From the NCBI GenBank assembly GCA_964247455.1, contig CAXTUR010000001.1, positions 985-64,984 on the forward strand: a DNA stretch of 64,000 nt, in the 5' to 3' direction. The translations under genes and the position numbers were made by a program. The notes beneath the pieces were generated by a model. It saw nothing but the letters and a program-made list of their open reading frames with translations. It had not been told where the DNA came from and ran no database searches. Source of the stretch: an uncultured Acidobacteriaceae bacterium. GTDB lineage: Bacteria; Acidobacteriota; Terriglobia; Terriglobales; Acidobacteriaceae. Positions 18,653-28,618 of this stretch are shown one piece after another. The number at the start of each line of letters is the position of its first letter. Position 1 is the stretch's first letter.

Positions 18653-19824
18653 AGTCGTTATCACAGCAGCGCGGCGCACACCGATCGGATCGTTTATGGG
18701 TGCCTTTGCTGATGTTCCAGCTGTGACCCTGGGGATTACAGTGCACGAGAAGTGTTGCGGGGTGTCGAAGGCAACGATGTCGCGGACGTATTGATGGGTA
18801 ACGTGCTGCAGGCAGGGCAAGGAATGAATCCTGGCCGGCAAATTGCGCTGGGAGCAGGACTATCAACTTCGGTTCCCGGGCAAACGATCAACCGCGTGTG
18901 CGGTAGCGGGATGCAGGCGGTGATAAGCGCGGTGCAGGCGATTCGTGCTGGCGATGGAAAGGTTTATCTTGCGGGCGGGGTCGAGAATATGTCTCAAGCA
19001 CCCTTCCTCGTGCGACAGATGCGGCGAGGCCCTAAGCTTGGCAACTTGGAGATGATCGACAGCATGGTGGCAGACGGCCTGACCGACCCTACCCATCAAT
19101 ACCACATGGGGATAACCGCGGAAAACGTCGCCGCGGAGCGCTAGATAAACCGCTCGGATCAGAATGACTTTGCCTTTGAAAGCCATCGGCGAGCGACGAA
19201 CGCGCAGAACAGCGGCGCTTTTAATGCGGAGATTGCCTCGGTCTCCGTGCCGTCGCGTAAAGGGCTCGTGGTGACCGTTCAGGATGAGGGTGTGCGCGCG
19301 GACTCAACCCGTGAATCTTTGGCACGGTTGAAGCCTGTCTTCAAGCTCGATGGAACCGTGACGGCGGCCAATGCCAGCAGTCTGAACGACGGCGCAGCCC
19401 TGCTGCTGGTGTGTGATGCCGAATTTGCCGAAGCTCACGGCCTTCAGCCGCTTGCTGAGATTGTGAGCTACGCCTGCGTGGGTGTCGATCCCGCGTTGAT
19501 GGAACTCGGACCTTCGCCGGCTGTTCCGCTGGCCCTGAGCCGAGCCGGGTTGACACTCGACGACATCGGGCTTTTAAATTGGACGAGGCCTTTGCGTCGC
19601 AGTCACTAGCGGTTTGCCGTGATCTACGACTCTCCGAGGAGAAAGTGAACGTGTTTGGCGGAGCGATTACGCTCGGACACCCGATCGGCGCGTCGGGAGC
19701 ACGTGTACTGGTGACTTTGGTGCATGCACTACGATCGCGTCAGCAGACCCATGGTGTCGCAAGCCTGTGCATAGGCGGCGGGATGGGAATTGCGATCGTA
19801 CTGCGCAATGTAGACGCCGATTAG
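18642..19824 (+). pseudogene. Acetyl-CoA C-acetyltransferase (thiolase) pseudogene
   Basis: [31 protein letters not shown] and CIGGG motifs spread over several frames; frameshifts near 18743 and 19575, in-frame TAG 19142-19144, ATT at the expected start. Confidence 0.9.
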
Positions 19825-19845
19825 ATGTGCCTTTGAGGACACTCA

Positions 19846-20547
19846 ATGAAGACCATGAACCACCAGCCGGTCGTCAAGGCGAAGAAGGCCGGGGTGCGCC
19901 AACGGTCCAAAGAGGAACGCCAGGACAGAATCATGTTGGCCGCGCGCAAGCTTTTTGCGGAGCAAGGCTATGACGCGACTACGCTGCGGCAGGTGGCGGA
20001 ACATGCGGCTCTCGGTCTCGGCACGTTGTTCAATTACATCAGCGATAAGCGCGACCTGATCTACCTGGTTTTCAACAAGGAGGTCAGCGTTGTTACGGAT
20101 ATTTCGTTGACGGCACCGCGGCCGGGGCAAAACTTCAACGAGAAGATCCTAAGTATGGTGGAGCCGAACTATCGTCTGTTCGGCGGGGAGCCGGTACTTT
20201 CGCGGATTCTTTTGAGCGAAGTGCTGCAGCATACGCCGGGTTTTCACTATGCGGACCTTGTCGGCATCCGCGACCGGTTTATCGGCGGCATGGAAGAGGT
20301 CGTTGCTGCGGCACAGCAGAACGGCGAGATAGGTTCTACCGAGAGCGCCGCATTGATCGCGCGGCACATATTCTTTTCGTACTCTTCCGCCCTTCGCTGG
20401 TGGCTCGCCAGCTCGGAAAACCCAGACTGGCGTTCTGGCTTGGGGGACTTTGCAGTTCTCCTCAAATTGCAGACCGCAGGGCTTGCTCTCAGGTCTGAAT
20501 CGACGAAAGGCCGAGACGCATCGGGCGTCGCCGCGTCGTCAAATTGA
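19846..20547 (+). CDS. TetR/AcrR family regulator
   Basis: ARKLFAEQGYDATTLRQVAEHAALGLGTLFNYISDKRDL HTH. Confidence 0.93.
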   Translation: MKTMNHQPVVKAKKAGVRQRSKEERQDRIMLAARKLFAEQGYDATTLRQVAEHAALGLGTLFNYISDKRDLIYLVFNKEVSVVTDISLTAPRPGQNFNEKILSMVEPNYRLFGGEPVLSRILLSEVLQHTPGFHYADLVGIRDRFIGGMEEVVAAAQQNGEIGSTESAALIARHIFFSYSSALRWWLASSENPDWRSGLGDFAVLLKLQTAGLALRSESTKGRDASGVAASSN

Positions 20548-20632
20548 TACACGGAGTTGACCCAAACGTCCGCCAACGGACGCTCGGCTTTGCGCGACCT
20601 AATCCCAAAGTAAACGGCAAGCGACAGGATGC

Positions 20633-20679
20633 TTGACAACGGTATCGCTCTTGAACCACTCTTTATCCGAACGTGTTCG
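20633..20679 (+). promoter_or_regulatory. TTGACA -35 with downstream operator CGAACGTGTTCG
   Basis: TTGACA 20633-20638; operator 20668-20679; upstream of flavin reductase fusion. Confidence 0.55.
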
Positions 20680-20911
20680 TCTTTTCCTCTTGAGAGTAGC
20701 GATGCGTTGCTTGGAGCGGCGACGTCTGCGTTAACCCCTACGGGTTTGGCGCGCACTTCACCGGAAGCCTTTGTCGCAGTGACCATAAGTGTCTGGGCAA
20801 TATCAACCGGGTTGCGCGGCGGCCCGCATTGATGTTTTGCAATGTACTCAGGATGCAGCGGCGGAAAGCAGTAGAATTTCTCGCGTCATAATATTTAGAA
20901 GGCCTCCCGAT

Positions 20912-21985
20912 ATGGCGTTTCTCACCTCATTCGATTCCAGACAACTGCGGACAGTGCTCGGTACTTTCACGACGGGCGTTACGATTGTGACGACCCAGGA
21001 CGCCGAGGGTGTCGATTATGGCGTTACGGCGAACTCGTTCAGCTCGGTCTCACTCGACCCACCGCTTGTTCTCTGGAGTCAAGCGTTGACTTCCAAAAGC
21101 TTTCCGGCATTCCGCGATAACGATCACTTTGCTGTGAATGTTCTGGCTGACGATCAAGTTGAGATGTCGAATCATTTTGCGAAGTCGAAAGAGGACAAGT
21201 TTGCCCAACTGGACTTTAGGCGGGGACTTGGCGGAGTGCCGGTACTTCAAGGCACGGTGGCCCATTTCGAGTGCGTTAAGATTGCCGCTTACCCGGCGGG
21301 AGATCATATGATCTTTCTCGGCCGGGTAGAGCGCGTCAGCCACTCAGGCCGACGTCCGCTCGCGTTTGCCCACGGCCGATATATGGTGCCATATGCCCAC
21401 GACCTGGGTCCGCTTTCCCTGCGTGAAGCAAAAGCTCCGCTGGCAGTATGCGGCGCCGTAACGAAGGTTATGGACGCATTACCGCTTTTCTCCGAAGCGG
21501 TGGGTGGTTTTACAGTTGGCCGGGCAGTCTGGGGTAACCACGGACCCCCGGTCGTGCGCTGGCCCCCGGGTGTCAGCGCCAAGCAGGAACAGTTGCGGAC
21601 AGGGACGGTGATGAGCATAACTCGCACTGCCACGGGCGTGGCGTTTGCCGCCTTTTTGCCTCCGGAGGTCACCGAACCATTCGTGCATGAGGATCTGCGA
21701 CTTTTTCGCGTGGCGGACGAGGACGAACAGGAGCAGCGTCGCGGTTTCGATGGCTTAGTCGCTGAAGCCAGGACTACCGGCCTTGCGCGGGCTGCTGACA
21801 TCCAGCCAATCTCATCGATGGGCTTGGTGGCGAATGCCTTTAGTGCCCCTGTCTATGACCATGACGGCAAGATGATCTGCGCGCTGTCCGTAGCCGCCGA
21901 ACCGTTGTTATCGTCATCAAAGCCCGAAGGTGCAGGTCCACAAGCCCTGGTACGCGCAGCGAGGGAACTCAGCGCGAGCCTGTGA
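20912..21985 (+). CDS. Flavin reductase (HpaC-like) fused to IclR-type effector-binding domain
   Basis: LRTVLGTFTTGVTIVT, ANSFSSVSLDPPLVLW, GDHMIFLG; C-terminal AVWGNHGP...TATG.AFAAFLP...SAPVYDHDG. Confidence 0.85.
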   Translation: MAFLTSFDSRQLRTVLGTFTTGVTIVTTQDAEGVDYGVTANSFSSVSLDPPLVLWSQALTSKSFPAFRDNDHFAVNVLADDQVEMSNHFAKSKEDKFAQLDFRRGLGGVPVLQGTVAHFECVKIAAYPAGDHMIFLGRVERVSHSGRRPLAFAHGRYMVPYAHDLGPLSLREAKAPLAVCGAVTKVMDALPLFSEAVGGFTVGRAVWGNHGPPVVRWPPGVSAKQEQLRTGTVMSITRTATGVAFAAFLPPEVTEPFVHEDLRLFRVADEDEQEQRRGFDGLVAEARTTGLARAADIQPISSMGLVANAFSAPVYDHDGKMICALSVAAEPLLSSSKPEGAGPQALVRAARELSASL

Positions 21986-22030
21986 GCGGAGCGTCGCCGA
22001 TCTCTTCAAATAGATTATTCCTATGATCGC

Positions 22031-22693
22031 TTACATCCGCAGCTCGATGCCCTTGAGCAACACATCGAGGACCTCCGCTAATTGTTTCAGGCCCGTTCTC
22101 CAGGTAGGATCAGGCGAATTAATCCACGCTCTCCCTGCTGACGAGTAGACAAAGAAAAAGGTGCGCGCAATGATCTCAGCGCTTACGTCCGAGCGCAATT
22201 CCCCGATTTGTTGAGCTTCGGCGACCAAGGCCTCCATTGCTTCTTGCTGGCGCTCCCTAATCTCGATATGCCTCAAATAATGCTTTCCTCCCGAAGCATG
22301 ATCGATCTCGGCAAGAAGAATGCGTCCGAGTTCCGGCTCAAGGGCAAGGAGTTGATAATGCGATTCAGCGATGCTGAGAATCTTCTCGCGGAAACTCTGC
22401 CAAGGTTGAAGCGCTGCAAAGGACTTCTCGGTTCGTTCTTCTGCCCGCTCATTGAAGATCAGGTAGATAAGATCTCGCTTTTCGCTAATGTAGTGAAACA
22501 CAGTACCCATCCCCAAACCCGATGCTTCAGCGATCTTGCGAACGGTCGCGGCGTCATAACCGATCTCCACGAATAGCTGGCGAGCGGTAGCGATGAGCTT
22601 GGACAGGCTGCTGCGCCTGGAGATTTCGCGTGGACCCAGCTCTTTGCCGGAGCTGGACGACTTCTTCAATTCTGTTGGCATCGTGACTCCCAT
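22031..22693 (-). CDS. TetR/AcrR family regulator (paralog of 19846-20547)
   Basis: ARQLFVEIGYDAATVRKIAEASGLGMGTVFHYISEKRDLIYL. Confidence 0.93.
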   Translation of the reverse strand: MGVTMPTELKKSSSSGKELGPREISRRSSLSKLIATARQLFVEIGYDAATVRKIAEASGLGMGTVFHYISEKRDLIYLIFNERAEERTEKSFAALQPWQSFREKILSIAESHYQLLALEPELGRILLAEIDHASGGKHYLRHIEIRERQQEAMEALVAEAQQIGELRSDVSAEIIARTFFFVYSSAGRAWINSPDPTWRTGLKQLAEVLDVLLKGIELRM

Positions 22694-22709
22694 ACTAGTT
22701 CGTCGACGC

Positions 22710-23945
22710 TCACGTGCTCATTTCAGTTTTGTGGCTAGATTGCAGTGGCGGCATTGCGAATGCCAGTACGGCAGCAAACGCGGAAAATAGAGCGAATAGA
22801 AGCAGCCCGGGGCGGTAACCATGAAAATGGTCGTAACTATAGCCGATCAGGGCTGCGCCGGGACCCAGAGCAAACGCTGCGAATGCCATTGCAAAGAGGC
22901 GTCCGAAGACAGCCGGACCGAAGTACTTCCTGACCAGGAAGCCCAAGAAGTCCACCTCCGCGCCCGCGACAAGACCGAGCAATACGGCGGCAATGGAGTA
23001 CACCCCCATCCCGCCCCCGTGAACCAGCAAGAGGCACATGCAGACGCAGAGCAAGGCAATGGTTGCGACCATGTGTGGCGCATGCACACGATCCAGTAAC
23101 CATCCCACCACGCCACGGCTGACCAGGGTAGATACCCCAACTAGACCCGCAATCTTCGCGGCGAGCGCCGACGACAATCCCTGGTCCGTCACCATGGGAA
23201 TCAGATGGGTCAACACCCCTGTGCCGGCTGTTCCTAGCAGAAAGAACGTGCCGCAGATGAGAAGAAACGCCCGCGTACGTACGAGCGGCCACAAAGGTAT
23301 CGCAACTAGCCTGGAAGCGCGAAGGACAGGGTCTCGCGCGTGCCGCGTTGCAATCCATGCGGCCGGAAGTCCGACAGTAAGGGCCATCACCGCGAACACG
23401 TCGTAAGCAGACCGCCAACCGTGGCCCGCGATGATGCGCTGGGCGATGCTTGGCAGCGTCGCGGCGCCCAGGCCAACGCCCATCAGCGAAATCCCCAGTG
23501 CCAGCCCCAGCCTGCGTTGAAAGCGGCGCACAAGCACACCGTTGTAACCGATTGGGTTTGCAGCGGCAGCCAGGACGGGAACAGCCGCAAAGACAAAATA
23601 CAAGTGCCACAAGGGACCAGTGAGTCGGGCGAGTAAAGCCAGACCCATGCTGAGCCCGAACACGGCCGATAGCAGCGTTCTGCGAGGACCAAATCGATCC
23701 AGCAAGAGACCCCACATCAGTGAAGAGATCACAAGCGATATCTGCCCAACGGTGGCAGCTCCAGAGATTTGTCCGCGGGTCCAGCCGAACTCTCGCCCAA
23801 GGGGGGCGATGAAAACCCCAAATGGATAGGCCGTCAGCGCCCCGACCGAGAACATCAGTCCAATTGAAGAACTCGCGACAGCAAGCCAATCGCGATCATA
23901 TCCGCGGTCAACTTCAAACTTAGGGGCAACAGTTTCAGTCGTCAA
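22710..23945 (-). CDS. MFS transporter (monocarboxylate-porter-like)
   Basis: About 12 TM helices, motif A GLLLDRFGPRR and GWLLDR; TTG start at 23945 after GGAGG. Confidence 0.9.
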   Translation of the reverse strand: MTTETVAPKFEVDRGYDRDWLAVASSSIGLMFSVGALTAYPFGVFIAPLGREFGWTRGQISGAATVGQISLVISSLMWGLLLDRFGPRRTLLSAVFGLSMGLALLARLTGPLWHLYFVFAAVPVLAAAANPIGYNGVLVRRFQRRLGLALGISLMGVGLGAATLPSIAQRIIAGHGWRSAYDVFAVMALTVGLPAAWIATRHARDPVLRASRLVAIPLWPLVRTRAFLLICGTFFLLGTAGTGVLTHLIPMVTDQGLSSALAAKIAGLVGVSTLVSRGVVGWLLDRVHAPHMVATIALLCVCMCLLLVHGGGMGVYSIAAVLLGLVAGAEVDFLGFLVRKYFGPAVFGRLFAMAFAAFALGPGAALIGYSYDHFHGYRPGLLLFALFSAFAAVLAFAMPPLQSSHKTEMST

Positions 23946-24082
23946 GGTAGCCTCCAGGCGAAGCAGCCCTTCATGTGGAGGTTGAAGTCTTCCCCCGCGT
24001 ATTTGTTTGACCAGTTCTCTCCAGAAATAGCCCTGATCGCGCTGACTGTCAGCGCTTGATATTGCCTGAGCGCAGGTTCTGA

Positions 24083-24259
24083 TGTCAACTGAAACCACAC
24101 CGGTTTCCTAGAGCATGTTCTGCCAACGTTTCGACACATATCAACCGGCATCTGGCTGCATGGGCGGTTTGTGTAGTGATAATGCAGTTTCCTTGCTATT
24201 CTCGCTATTTTGAGTGTCGGCGCGAACACCGAACATGCTCTGCAATTTTTCCCTTGACA
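24083..24259. promoter_or_regulatory. Divergent promoter region with two operators (GAGCATGTTC 24111-24120, GAACATGCTC 24231-24240)
   Basis: Minus-strand TTGACA 24083-24088 and plus-strand TTGACA 24254-24259 flank the operators. Confidence 0.6.
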
Positions 24260-24350
24260 ATGTTCCGGCGATTCATGCAGTGTACCCTTCGCAACACAAA
24301 CTTCAGGTTTTGCTCGGCCAGTGCCGCCTTGCATAGGAGCTGCTCAGGAT

Positions 24351-27300
24351 ATGATTCGACCACTCGAAATCGTTGCAAGCCTGTCGCTGGGTTGTGGATC
24401 GCCCGAGAGTTTGATTCGTATACCTTGGCTAGCATGCTTATCGACCTGTTTGCTGCTGTTGACGGCCGCATCTATTGCGCAGGTGGCGACTGGCGACATC
24501 CTTGGCACGGTCCTGGATGCTTCCGGCGCATTGATTTCTGGGGCTACTGTCAGGATCGAGAACTCTGGGACACACGAAGCGCGCACGTTGACTACGAAGG
24601 CGACCGGAGAGTACACCTTCAGCGCGCTCCAGCCAGGGACATACGTCGTAACCGTTACATACGCCAGCTTTAAAACTTACAAAACCTCGAATGTCGTATT
24701 GTTAGCTTCCGATCGTGTTCGCATCGACGCAAAGATGCAGCCGGGAACCGTGGACGAGCAGGTAGAAGTGACGGCAACACCGAGCGCCCTTCAAACAGAC
24801 AGCACGACCGTTGGAAACACGATTACGGAAAAGACGCTGCTTGATGCGCCGCTCAACGGGCGCAGTGTTTTCGGCCTTATTCAGCTTCAGGCTGGAGTAA
24901 ATTCGGGATCAACTTCCTCGCTAGCCAGCGGCAACAACGCAACAGACCGCAGACTTCCTTCAGGAATCGCGGCTAATGGGCAGCAGGAAATTTATAACAA
25001 CAACTTGGTTGACGGCTTGGATAACAATGAGCGCGCAACTGGAATTGTGATCCTTCGTCCCTCGGTCGAGGCTATTGCCGAAGTGCGCACGGACATTAAT
25101 TTGTACAATGCCGAGGTTGGCCGCACGGGCGGCGCGGTGATCAATGTAATTACGAAGTCGGGCGCCAACCAGGTTCACGGCTCCGCCTACGAGTTCTTCC
25201 GTAATGACGTCACTGATTCCAGGAACTGGTTCATAGCTTCCACGCTGCGAAAGCCTGAGCTGCGTCAGAACCAGTTTGGGGGTAGTCTCTCTGGCCCACT
25301 CAAGCGGGATAAAACCTTCTTTTTCTTCGATTACGACGGCTTTCGTCGGATCGATGCCACCAACAATGTCTATTCCAACATCGTTCCAACGCTTGCTGAA
25401 GAGCAAACGCCGGGATATCTGGGCGACATCATTAACCCTTTCACCAAGGGACCGGTGCCAAGCGTTCCAGCTGCATCCATTGATCCGACCTCCCTCGCAT
25501 ACTTCAAGCTATTCCCAGCACCTAATGTTGCCAACGCGCCTGCCGGTACGGCAAACTTCATTTATAACCCGAGCTCATCTCTTTATCAGAATCTTGGCGA
25601 TGTGCGCATTGATCACCACTTCAGCGCCAACGATAATTTGTTTGCACGCTATTCCTACAATCGGACACAGGCCTTCACGCCTTCGCAGTTCCCCAGCGTT
25701 AACGGCATCGGTGTTGGCGGCACGTTGCAGGGAGTCGGCGACAACGACATCTATGCCCACAACGGGCAACTAAGCTACACGCATATCTTTACGCCTTCGC
25801 TGCTGATGGAGGCCAAAGCGGGCTACACGCTCTTTAATGTTTCAGCTACGCCGATCAACAATGGAAAAAACCTCAACAATGGTGGTCCCTATAACATTCC
25901 GAACGCAAACCAATGCATACTACCGGTCTGCTCCGGCTTGGCAACGGTCTATGTGATTGGTTACGGCGTTCTTGGGGATAGCCTGGTGGCGCCCTCGTTC
26001 ATCACAGATCACAATACGCAATTTGGGAGTTCACTCACATACACCCACGGCCGGCATACCTTCAAGGCGGGCGGAAGTTTAATTCGTCGGAACTTTACAT
26101 TTGAAGGGAATATCTATCCAAAGGGAATTGCAGAATTCCTGCCTACCGTTGTGCCCGCAGCGAGAGTTTACCAGCCGAGTCTGCAACATCTGTTTCTGGG
26201 TGCGCCTTATATTTCCGTGCGCACCCTTTTCAACGTGAAGCCATACGACAGGATTTGGGAGCCCTCGGGATTTTTTCAGGATGACTGGCGCGCGATGGAT
26301 CACTTAACTCTGAATTTGGGGATTCGCTATGATGTGTTCACGAAGCCCAACCAGAAGGGCAACAGCTTCGCAAATTTTCAGATGAGCTCACTCAGCATCG
26401 TGCAAAACGCAAACGGCGGCATACAGAACAATTATAAAAATGTCAGCCCACGCGTCGGCTTCGACGCGGATCTTAACCACGGACGGATTGTGCGCGGGGG
26501 ATTCGGGCTAACCTTCTTTCCTGGCGCGTCCAATTCCAGTCTGGTTCTTACCAATCCTCCCGTCGGGTTCAGTTCCGGCAACGTATTTAACTTCAAGCCC
26601 CTTTCCACAGCTGGCGTTCCAGTAGTTACAGTGCAATCCTCCGCAACGGCTGCCCTGGCAGGCTCTGTAATCTCTGAGCCGTCGAGATTTCCCGATAGTT
26701 ACCTGGAGCAGTTCAATCTGCTGCTGCAGCAGCAATACCATGGAACAGTGTTTACGGTTGGCTACGTCGCTGAACTCGGACGCCACCTAATCGATCAGGT
26801 TCCTAATCTTAATATCCCGGCACCGAGCGGTCCCTATCCTAATAACGTGGCGGCCGCTCCTCCGGCACTGGCGTATGCCACTCAGCTGCCGAAGGTTACG
26901 ACGATCAACTACTATGGCGCATTCGGCTCGTCTTCTTACAACTCTGTTCAGTTCTCCGCAGACCGCCGTATCGCGCATGGTCTTACCGCCAACCTCAACT
27001 ACACCTTTTCCCACAATCTTGACGACACCATCGAAGTATTTGATGGAGATACTCAGTCAATCTATGGCTTTGGTGACTTGCCAACGCAGATTGGCAGCTA
27101 TGATTATGGCAATTCCGATCTTGATCTGAGAAGCAGGCTCGCCGGGTACTTTAGCTATGACCTGCCCTTTGGTAAGAGTGGATCTCGCCTGTATAAGAAT
27201 GCATTGGGAGGTTTCCGTTTCAACGGTATAGGCTTTTGGCAGACTGGCTCGGCATTCACGGTCACTTCCCAGGTGGGCAACGCTAACAACCTTGCCAGTA

Positions 27301-27707
27301 TTAACTTGCCTACCGTTACCATCGACCGCCCGAACATGGTTCATGAGCCGACAACTCTGGGAGCTATCAGTACCAGCGGGACGTTCTTCGATACGTCTGC
27401 CTTCGCTGAGCAATCTTACGGGACGGCTGGTAATGAAAGACGAAACCAACTGTTTGGTCCTCACCTTCGCCGCGGAGATCTTTCCCTGTTTAAGACAATT
27501 CCTATCCGTGACGGTGTTCAGCTGGAGTTACGCGCGGAGTGCATTGACTTTACGAATACACCCAACTTCTCGAAACCCGGAACTAATATCTCTAGCGAGA
27601 ATCTTGCTGGCGCACCTACAACGGCGGGAGGTTTCGGACAGGTCACGAGCACCCTGTTCGGCTATGTGGGGCGTCAGTTTCAATTCGCAGGCCGTTTTAG
27701 TTTCTAG
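24351..27707 (+). CDS. TonB-dependent receptor with carboxypeptidase-regulatory-like N-domain (Oar-like)
   Basis: GDILGTVLDASGALISGATV, LNGR, GRTGGAVINVITKSG, RQNQFGGSLSGP, C-terminal RQFQFAGRFSF. Confidence 0.93.
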   Translation: MIRPLEIVASLSLGCGSPESLIRIPWLACLSTCLLLLTAASIAQVATGDILGTVLDASGALISGATVRIENSGTHEARTLTTKATGEYTFSALQPGTYVVTVTYASFKTYKTSNVVLLASDRVRIDAKMQPGTVDEQVEVTATPSALQTDSTTVGNTITEKTLLDAPLNGRSVFGLIQLQAGVNSGSTSSLASGNNATDRRLPSGIAANGQQEIYNNNLVDGLDNNERATGIVILRPSVEAIAEVRTDINLYNAEVGRTGGAVINVITKSGANQVHGSAYEFFRNDVTDSRNWFIASTLRKPELRQNQFGGSLSGPLKRDKTFFFFDYDGFRRIDATNNVYSNIVPTLAEEQTPGYLGDIINPFTKGPVPSVPAASIDPTSLAYFKLFPAPNVANAPAGTANFIYNPSSSLYQNLGDVRIDHHFSANDNLFARYSYNRTQAFTPSQFPSVNGIGVGGTLQGVGDNDIYAHNGQLSYTHIFTPSLLMEAKAGYTLFNVSATPINNGKNLNNGGPYNIPNANQCILPVCSGLATVYVIGYGVLGDSLVAPSFITDHNTQFGSSLTYTHGRHTFKAGGSLIRRNFTFEGNIYPKGIAEFLPTVVPAARVYQPSLQHLFLGAPYISVRTLFNVKPYDRIWEPSGFFQDDWRAMDHLTLNLGIRYDVFTKPNQKGNSFANFQMSSLSIVQNANGGIQNNYKNVSPRVGFDADLNHGRIVRGGFGLTFFPGASNSSLVLTNPPVGFSSGNVFNFKPLSTAGVPVVTVQSSATAALAGSVISEPSRFPDSYLEQFNLLLQQQYHGTVFTVGYVAELGRHLIDQVPNLNIPAPSGPYPNNVAAAPPALAYATQLPKVTTINYYGAFGSSSYNSVQFSADRRIAHGLTANLNYTFSHNLDDTIEVFDGDTQSIYGFGDLPTQIGSYDYGNSDLDLRSRLAGYFSYDLPFGKSGSRLYKNALGGFRFNGIGFWQTGSAFTVTSQVGNANNLASINLPTVTIDRPNMVHEPTTLGAISTSGTFFDTSAFAEQSYGTAGNERRNQLFGPHLRRGDLSLFKTIPIRDGVQLELRAECIDFTNTPNFSKPGTNISSENLAGAPTTAGGFGQVTSTLFGYVGRQFQFAGRFSF

Positions 27708-27860
27708 ATGAAAATTGATCACTCAATTGACGCGGTACTGTCATCTTTTGCCTTGTTCGCGCTCTTTGCAACTTCTTAGCCAGCCGCCAGAAACTTATCG
27801 CCATACCGTACTGTTTTTATTGAGGTCACGGTCTGACGCCCAACCCACCAAGGAAACCAT

Positions 27861-28574
27861 ATGAAAGCTAAGCCACTGATAGACGGACTCCACATTCTAC
27901 CCGGCCTCGTGAACGTCTATTTACTCAAGACGAAGGATGGCTATGCACTGATGGACTCCGGGTTTCCGAACAGCGCTAATAAAATTCTAAAATCCCTGGA
28001 GGCACTCGGCGTTACGCCAACACAGATCAAGCATCTTTTATTGACGCACTGTCATCCGGATCACATTGGAAGCGCGGCTGCGTTGAAGCGCGCGACAGGA
28101 GCAACTGTGTACGCCCACGCGGAGGACGCGCCGATTATTCGGTCGGGCACGGGCTTTCGTAAGGCGTATGCGGCGCCTGGGCTGCGTAACAGAATCATGT
28201 TCAAGATACTATCTTTGATGTTGAAGGACGTTGAGGGTATACCGGTGGATCACTTAATTGCCGACGGAGAGAGCCTTCCCTTTGATAAGGAGTTGGTTGC
28301 AATCCACATTCCCGGCCATTGTGCAGGCCAGCTCGCCTTTTTATGGAAGAAAAACGGCGGGATTTTATTTGCCGCCGACGCATGCATTAATCGGGGCGGG
28401 ATGAAATTCACCGCAGCTATCGAGGATCTTGATGAAACTCGACGCAGCTTGGCGAAGCTGGCAACCCATACCTTCCAGGCAGCGTGCTTTGGCCATGGAT
28501 CACCAATTATGACTGGCGCGGACGCTTCTTTCCGCGAGACGTGGTCAACGCAGGTCAAAAAGAAACCCCAATAG
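27861..28574 (+). CDS. MBL-fold metallo-hydrolase
   Basis: THCHPDHIG (HxHxDH), PGHC, ADA, GHG. Confidence 0.92.
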   Translation: MKAKPLIDGLHILPGLVNVYLLKTKDGYALMDSGFPNSANKILKSLEALGVTPTQIKHLLLTHCHPDHIGSAAALKRATGATVYAHAEDAPIIRSGTGFRKAYAAPGLRNRIMFKILSLMLKDVEGIPVDHLIADGESLPFDKELVAIHIPGHCAGQLAFLWKKNGGILFAADACINRGGMKFTAAIEDLDETRRSLAKLATHTFQAACFGHGSPIMTGADASFRETWSTQVKKKPQ

Positions 28575-28618
28575 TTGGTCAGTAAAGAACTTGCCACTTT
28601 TGCTTCAAGGAGAGATAT

